Positions 61,296 through 64,000 of a DNA stretch of 64,000 bases are shown piece by piece (positions within the stretch are counted from its first letter, which is position 1; each line of letters begins with the position of its first letter). The translations under genes were made by a program, and so were the position numbers. Under the pieces are notes generated by a model, which saw only the letters and a list, made by a program, of their open reading frames with translations, had not been told where the DNA came from and did no database searches. Source of the DNA: an uncultured virus (IMG/VR IMGVR_UViG_3300033145_003180). Lineage: Duplodnaviria; Heunggongvirae; Uroviricota; Caudoviricetes. Location of the stretch: the IMG/VR virus record IMGVR_UViG_3300033145_003180; one strand, given 5' to 3'.

Positions 61296-61312
61296 TCTGG
61301 AAAAAATTCCGA
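61296..61312 (-). promoter_or_regulatory. palindromic operator (copy 8)
   Basis: tctggaaaaaattccga next to TATTATAC. Confidence 0.7.
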
Positions 61313-61436
61313 TTTTATTTTACACCATTAAAATCATATCTACCGGACTATATTACTGATTGCCAGTCCTATAAAGAAGCTTATTGTCGCAATAACAACA
61401 AACAGTACCAATCTATTTCTTTTCCACTTTTCCATG

Positions 61437-61682
61437 TTATTTTTTCTCCTTCGGCTTGCTAATTTCTGGTTTGTATAAATCATCAATACGACAAGATTCC
61501 ATTTTCAAAGCATCAAGAACCGCATTAACACATCTTCTACAAATAAACTTACTATTGGCTGGGTGGACAATATCTTTTTTACTTGGGATATGAAGTCGAA
61601 GGAATCGTGAAGCCCAAAACTCAGTAATTTTAGATCCATCAAAAAATCCAGTTTTCCCACATATCTTACATTTTACTTTCAT
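61437..61682 (-). CDS. Zn-finger protein
   Basis: CKIC...CRRC. Confidence 0.6.
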   Translation of the reverse strand: MKVKCKICGKTGFFDGSKITEFWASRFLRLHIPSKKDIVHPANSKFICRRCVNAVLDALKMESCRIDDLYKPEISKPKEKK

Positions 61683-61918
61683 AATTCATCATCCCTCTCT
61701 GGCTGTTTTGTAAATAACTCCAATCCTTTCTTTGTCATGTCATCAATATAAGTGTACATTCCCTTTTTGATATCAAAGACCGAAACAACGTCATCATCAT
61801 CGTCATGAATGCCTATTATTTCATATTCTGTTATCCATAATGAATAGTTTCCACCAAGAGGCCCGATGAAACAATCAAAAAGGTGATGTGTTTTCCTAAT
61901 CTGCTCTGCGTTCAACAT
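61679..61918 (-). CDS. hypothetical protein
   Basis: ORF in small-gene run. Confidence 0.55.
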   Translation of the reverse strand: MLNAEQIRKTHHLFDCFIGPLGGNYSLWITEYEIIGIHDDDDDVVSVFDIKKGMYTYIDDMTKKGLELFTKQPERDDEL

Positions 61919-61936
61919 TAATTCATCACATCTCCA

Positions 61937-62200
61937 TTAATCTATTAACCGCTCATCCCATCCTTTCTCAGAAATAATACTTCCATTGCCAGCAAAAGAT
62001 ATGTGCAATTGAGCAGGATACTCCTTAATAGATGCTTTGCGAACCTCTAATTTTTTAACGTTAAAATGGTTCTGCAGCAACACATAAATATGATATGGAT
62101 CTATTCCTTCATTCATGTTTTTGTAGAATTTTTTATATGATTCCTCACTTACCAACATCTTTATTTCGACTAGTTTTTCCCCATTCTTCATCTTTATCAT
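61937..62200 (-). CDS. hypothetical protein
   Basis: ORF in small-gene run. Confidence 0.55.
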   Translation of the reverse strand: MIKMKNGEKLVEIKMLVSEESYKKFYKNMNEGIDPYHIYVLLQNHFNVKKLEVRKASIKEYPAQLHISFAGNGSIISEKGWDERLID

Positions 62201-62206
62201 TCTCCG

Positions 62207-62665
62207 TTAACTAGATATTTCTATTAAACAAACTGATTTGCTATATAATATCGCTGTAGCAATAGTGTGACAAGTTCCATATGAAAATTTATCCCAGAAG
62301 GCAATCACCTCAGATGGGTTGCTTTTTACCATCTCGATATTCCTGAAAAGGAAACCCCCCTTTCTTGCTAGATGTCTCTCTACTAATATTCCATTATTGT
62401 TGGCCCATTCCTCGGCAAAAACATCTGCACTGTCAGGGCAACAACCTGAAATGATACATTCAGGTTTCCAATCTTCTCCATACATTTCCTGGTGGGATGA
62501 TAACATCTTATCCAGTTCCTTGAAAACTAAATCCCTATAATTGGGGTATGGCTTTCCTTTTTTACGTGAACCGCAAACCAACCAACGTTCCTTTTTTAGT
62601 TCCTCGTCTCTCAACCTATCTATCTCCATATCTTTAATTATTTCATCACTATCTGGTTTTTCCAT
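62207..62665 (-). CDS. SLOG-superfamily (YspA/DUF2493-like) protein
   Basis: LVCGSR, IISG..SAD..AEEWA, RNIEMV, AFWD..SYGT. Confidence 0.75.
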   Translation of the reverse strand: MEKPDSDEIIKDMEIDRLRDEELKKERWLVCGSRKKGKPYPNYRDLVFKELDKMLSSHQEMYGEDWKPECIISGCCPDSADVFAEEWANNNGILVERHLARKGGFLFRNIEMVKSNPSEVIAFWDKFSYGTCHTIATAILYSKSVCLIEISS

Positions 62666-62705
62666 ATTTATTCACATCCTTTAATTCTGAAATATCTGTT
62701 TAGCA

Positions 62706-63035
62706 TCATCTATCAAATATTCCAAGGGTGGTTCTGAAATCATATCCTTTTCTTCCATATGCTTCAATCCCCCCTTTTGGATTTCTTCTAAATTTACAAC
62801 TCATTTTATTCATAAGTTGATTTAAAAAGTTATTTTCTGCTTCAGATATTGGGTCAATCTCATTAAGATACTCTATCATATCTTCATCTTCACACCCACA
62901 ATCTGCACAACTTACATTCTCTGGACAGTTACAAGGAGTAAATTCATAAGTTTCACACCATTTCTTGTTTAAGATTATTTTTGTTGTTTCTAACGCTACA
63001 TTAAATACTTCCCCAAGTTTTCCATGTTTTTCCAT
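62706..63035 (-). CDS. hypothetical protein
   Basis: ORF track. Confidence 0.55.
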   Translation of the reverse strand: MEKHGKLGEVFNVALETTKIILNKKWCETYEFTPCNCPENVSCADCGCEDEDMIEYLNEIDPISEAENNFLNQLMNKMSCKFRRNPKGGIEAYGRKGYDFRTTLGIFDR

Positions 63036-63069
63036 ATTTCATCACTTCCTTCTTTCTTGATTAGATTAT

Positions 63070-63426
63070 TCATATTTTATCGATGACTTTTGAAATTGCC
63101 TCATATGAATTTCTTAAATACTTTTCATTCCTAGTTATAAATGCTTCTTCCAACCAATTCTCAGCGCTATCTATTAAAATTCTTTCGTCATTTCTTACTT
63201 CGTTTCTTAATTTATTAAGGATAGAAATAATTATTTCTTTGTGTGTACCTTTTTGTAAAAAAGCAGCCCTTTTTCCATTCAAAATACCAGAGTAAGCCAG
63301 TATACAATAATTTTTCTCCAATTGATAGTAGTAAGTTATTACTTCAGGATTACATTCCTTTAGATGATTCTTAAATGATATTTTTGATTTTGTCTTAAAT
63401 CCACATTTACATTCCAATATTACCAT
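63070..63426 (-). CDS. hypothetical protein with N-terminal Zn finger
   Basis: CKCG...HLKEC. Confidence 0.55.
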   Translation of the reverse strand: MVILECKCGFKTKSKISFKNHLKECNPEVITYYYQLEKNYCILAYSGILNGKRAAFLQKGTHKEIIISILNKLRNEVRNDERILIDSAENWLEEAFITRNEKYLRNSYEAISKVIDKI

Positions 63427-63444
63427 TTTATCAAATCCTTCTTA

Positions 63445-63630
63445 CTATGACTCTGGGTTTTTAACCAATTTATTACATTTCTTACAACGCCACCATTCAT
63501 CAATGCGAACATCATCACTACTCCAACCATCATATTTCATTTTAGAACCGCAATCAGGGCAATGCTTTGGTTTACGACCTTTGAAATCTATATCATAATA
63601 TCTTGGGATATCAAAGCTGACTTCATTCAT
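63445..63630 (-). CDS. Zn-ribbon protein
   Basis: CPDC...CKKC. Confidence 0.6.
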   Translation of the reverse strand: MNEVSFDIPRYYDIDFKGRKPKHCPDCGSKMKYDGWSSDDVRIDEWWRCKKCNKLVKNPES

Positions 63631-63773
63631 TTTTCGTCATTTATCCTTTATTTTTGATTTATATCTTCTGCATAAAAGAACGCAATCCCATATAGTGCTT
63701 GCGTTGAAAACACAACCAACACATTTTTTAATTACTTTAGACCCATAATATCTTGCACTGAACTCTGTGATCA

Positions 63774-63962
63774 TCATTCACCAACCTTTATTGGTCTTAT
63801 CTGCATGACAGTAATCTTTACAACCGCTACACATTCAGGATCTCTAATTATTCCGTCAAGTTGGCAATCATGCATAATCTGTACTAATTGATCGCCGAAG
63901 TCTGTTATCCCATCTTCATTCCACAGATAAGCACCATCTTTACCACATTTAGGGCATCGCAT
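63774..63962 (-). CDS. small hypothetical protein
   Basis: MRCPKCG. Confidence 0.5.
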   Translation of the reverse strand: MRCPKCGKDGAYLWNEDGITDFGDQLVQIMHDCQLDGIIRDPECVAVVKITVMQIRPIKVGE

Positions 63963-64000
63963 GTTTCTGTCTTTATAATGGGTGTTCCATCAACACTTGA

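Noticed and set aside
1..64000. tRNA, rRNA, integrase, terminase, DNA polymerase, reverse transcriptase/DGR
   Set aside because: No convincing motifs seen; the duplicated segments differ at all base types, not only at adenines

Overview
AT-rich window with no housekeeping genes and archaeal-type TATA/BRE promoters. It most likely belongs to a large archaeal virus, provirus or other mobile element; a Thermoplasmata-like host is an inference. Layout: (1) an IS701-like element at 1-1265; (2) small regulatory ORFs, including a histone-fold-like protein; (3) a cassette-like region where four ACGATA-N6-TATCGT inverted repeats sit at gene junctions and bracket a NeuC/NeuB-type sugar-modification cluster; (4) two long minus-strand blocks of membrane-anchored or secreted surface proteins (11.6-36.1 kb and 52-61.3 kb; beta-helix, PKD, S8, S26 and C25 proteases), whose promoters share a palindromic GGAAA-W-TTTCC site next to the TATA box (8 copies); (5) a plus-strand block of HTH, nuclease and helicase genes. 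The main find is at 46.5-49.15 kb: an AbrB-like gene, a nuclease-less Nop-domain (IS110-related) protein and a 35-unit dual-repeat array (9-nt spacer A, TGAAACCCA, 9-nt spacer B, TGCATAAGCCA; ~38-nt period). This matches the described TIGR-Tas (TasA-type) RNA-guided architecture and is not CRISPR. The locus lies in a diverged tandem duplication. The other copy holds an HTH-nuclease and a repeat-bearing SF2 helicase in the same slot and keeps an orphan 1.5-unit TIGR remnant. All family calls come from reading motifs by eye; no searches were run.
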